Origin: Takakia lepidozioides
Lineage: Eukaryota; Plantae; Bryophyta
Reading direction: 5' to 3'
DNA: 64,000 nucleotides
Assembly: GCA_030704615.1 (NCBI GenBank)
Contig: CM060731.1
Span: 20,336,001 to 20,400,000 of the forward strand
How positions within the stretch are numbered: the stretch's first letter is position 1; each line of letters starts with the position of its first letter. A program made the position numbers and the translations under genes. The notes under the pieces were generated by a model. That model was not told where the DNA came from, ran no database searches, and saw only the letters and a program-made list of their open reading frames with translations. Below are positions 61,601 to 64,000 of the stretch, in pieces.

Positions 61601-63917
61601 GACAAGTACTGTTGCACACATCTTTCTATAGAAGTGTCTGTCAACTTCATTTTTAGGACCGAGAAAGCGTTCGGTCAGGCCTGGTTCACATTGTTCAATT
61701 GATGGGTGCACATCTCATAGAATGCAGATTATTCAATTGTTTTTTGGGGACCCAATTGGTGTGCACGAATGGTTCATGTATATAAGGGTATCTGCAGTGT
61801 CTCGCTTGGGAGTTCCCTTCCGCGTGTCAAATTCTGACAGAGCTGTGGATGTCTTGGACCCTTGTTTGGACAGCTATTGTATTTTGAGCAAGAAGAGAAT
61901 GGCGGACTAGGGTTGGCCTTGCAGGTATGGACATTCTTAACTGGTCTTGGGGCTTATGTCGTGCAAAACATCAACTTGTAAGACATTATTTGAAGGGATA
62001 TTTATGATCTATTCATGCACTTCAACATGTGTATGGAGATTGTCTTTTAAGCTTTCACATATAGTTTTCTTGTCTAAAAGTGGAAGTTAGGTCTCTTTAT
62101 CTATGTAGATGCAGATCTACTTCTGCAGATTGTTTGTTTCCTAGGTTCATTGTGCTAGATTAGGGTTTGGCAGGGGGTAAGGTTAGTTCATCATTGGACC
62201 CTCCTCAATCTCACTTTGTTAAGGTGATATTGCTACAACTTGTTCCAGGCATGGCCTTTGTGGGCCCTATGTGTTGTGAGTGTAGCTATCAGTCTTTTGT
62301 ATGTCTGGGGTTTGCCTGTTTGGGGTCTGTGACGGATACAAGTATAGAGATGAATCCCATCGACTAATACCCCTTTTCATCTTTGATAATACTAAGGTGA
62401 AAGTATGTAAGTTCATTTTGTTCCATTGTTTTGGCTTTGCAGGAAGACAGTGTGAAAACTGGGAAGGTTACATCAGCTGGCCTGTACTTCCTACATTTCC
62501 AAGTGTACCGGTTGGATCCAACAGTAAATGCGGTGAGAAAGTCATCCCTTGTGTTCGCCGCATAGTGATTGATTACGGCAGGCAGTTTACCATTGTTACA
62601 AATATGTTGTTCATTGTGTCGAGAGGAAAGGTTTCATCGAGTGCCAATTGTGGGTGCAGCTAGCAATTGCAAAGGATCCAGATGCTGCCTTTTTCAAGAG
62701 ATTGGAGGGTCTCCAGCCTTGTGAAATGTCCGAATTGAAGGCTGGGACCCACATATTTGCTGTTTATGGTAAGCATTTGCCTCTTTATGTTGCATTGAAC
62801 TCCCACATCTGTAGAAGAGCCAGAGTCATTTGCATGGACAGCCAGACTGCTTGTTGACGGAGATAACAATGTGAAAAGAGACAAGGTAGTCAAACAGAGA
62901 CTTCAAAATCAGTAGATAAAGGTGGAGGCAAGGATAAGGACATTTTCAAGGACCTTATTGGGGGTTTCAGCTCACCAAAACAAAGGAGCCTCTGTAAAAG
63001 TTTTAAATTTGATAGAGGTGAATAAATATAAGCTAGAAAACATTCATGAAACCTACTGCTGGGTAATCATTTATGGCCCTGTGTGGTTCTTACAATGTGG
63101 TTTGGTTCTTACAATATGGTATGGTTCTTACAATATGGCTTGCGTCTCTGTAGGCGACAATTTCTTTAAGAGCGCCAACTATACTATTGAGGCAATTTGT
63201 GCCGAGACTTTCTCAGAGTCTGCTGTAAAGCTCAAGGAGGTCGAGGCCCAAATACTGTCAAAGCGTAACGAGCTTTGTCAATTTGAGGCCGAGTATCGGG
63301 AGGTAGATTCATCCATCTATTTGAGCCTTACTTCCCTTTCCCTCACCCACAGTGCCCCTGTACATAGCTGGCCTCTTTTTCCGGAAAATCCCTGACCAAC
63401 AATCATCTTCAATGTATCTTACATACGTTGGAACGTGGATGTGCAGGCTTTGGCTCGATTTACAGCAGTCACCAGCAAGTATTCTCAGGAAAAACAAGCG
63501 GTAAGGGGAGAATAGTCGCTTACTGGTGTGGAAGCTCATATTTAATTCTTATGTCTATTTTATCCATAAATCAACTTGTGGATCATCATCTACATGCTTT
63601 ATCTACATATAGGCATATCTATATAGACATGCATTCAAAAAAAGTTTTTTGATGTTGCTTGGTTCCCTGTGCAGGTAGATGAGCTTCTAAAGACACGTGA
63701 CAGGATCCATGAATCATTTACATCAACACCTCCTCTCCCAAAGAAGATAAGCACTAGCGGCAGTGTGAAGGGAGCAGGTGATGACTCAGCAACCAAAGAT
63801 ACTGCAACCATAGACCCTGAGGAAGGGTCCAATACAGAGGATCAATTGCCTGATAAAGCCAACAAGAAGAAGTGGTTCAACCTCAATTTCAAGACCACAC
63901 TCAATTCTACTGGATAG
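58631..63917 (+). CDS. ARG1: DnaJ protein of the ARG1/ARL family, ~11 exons
   Basis: [23 protein letters not shown]|YHPDKN; [20 protein letters not shown]|KLGVPIKTT; EKQGAHFFG; [11 protein letters not shown]; [19 protein letters not shown]; [19 protein letters not shown]; GDNFFKSA; KKKWFNLN. Confidence 0.93.
63084..63138. repeat. 3 x ~19-bp intronic tandem repeat
   Basis: TGGTTCTTACAAT(G/A)TGGT three times. Confidence 0.8.
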
Positions 63918-64000
63918 ACAAGAAGCTGACCTGTATTTACCTTCAGGTGCTCTCTTTTAGTGTTGGGAACCTGGCTGGATTGAATCATGGTGCCACTCCA

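Overview
Eukaryotic nuclear DNA from a land plant. Intron-rich housekeeping genes plus highly regular PLS-class PPR arrays suggest a seed-free lineage rich in RNA editing (inference). Bases 1-8.7 kb are a transposon stack: the right end of a CACTA element whose spliced ORF fuses an FCP1/HAD-like domain to a Tnp1/En-Spm-like domain, a probable hAT remnant, and a decayed Ty3/Gypsy element with a tRNA-Ala PBS and a dUTPase-like domain. Next come an F-box gene with one premature stop, FAD synthetase (RIBF), and a cluster of PLS-PPR genes: one intact PPR-E-DYW, two decayed copies, and a fourth inverted duplicate at 48-51 kb. The rest holds VQ, BSD, TRAPPC2L, EIF1AD, a tRNA-derived SINE, DEG5 and an ARG1-like DnaJ. 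Main discovery: the three tandem PPR genes carry upstream exons encoding the PDF motif of OSB organellar single-stranded-DNA-binding proteins (W..F...P..WWDNR..K | ..P..PDF.HK.T..A.W.....P.WV), always split by the same intron. This points to a chimeric ssDNA-binding / PPR / DYW-deaminase family undergoing birth and death. All calls are by eye; no searches were run.
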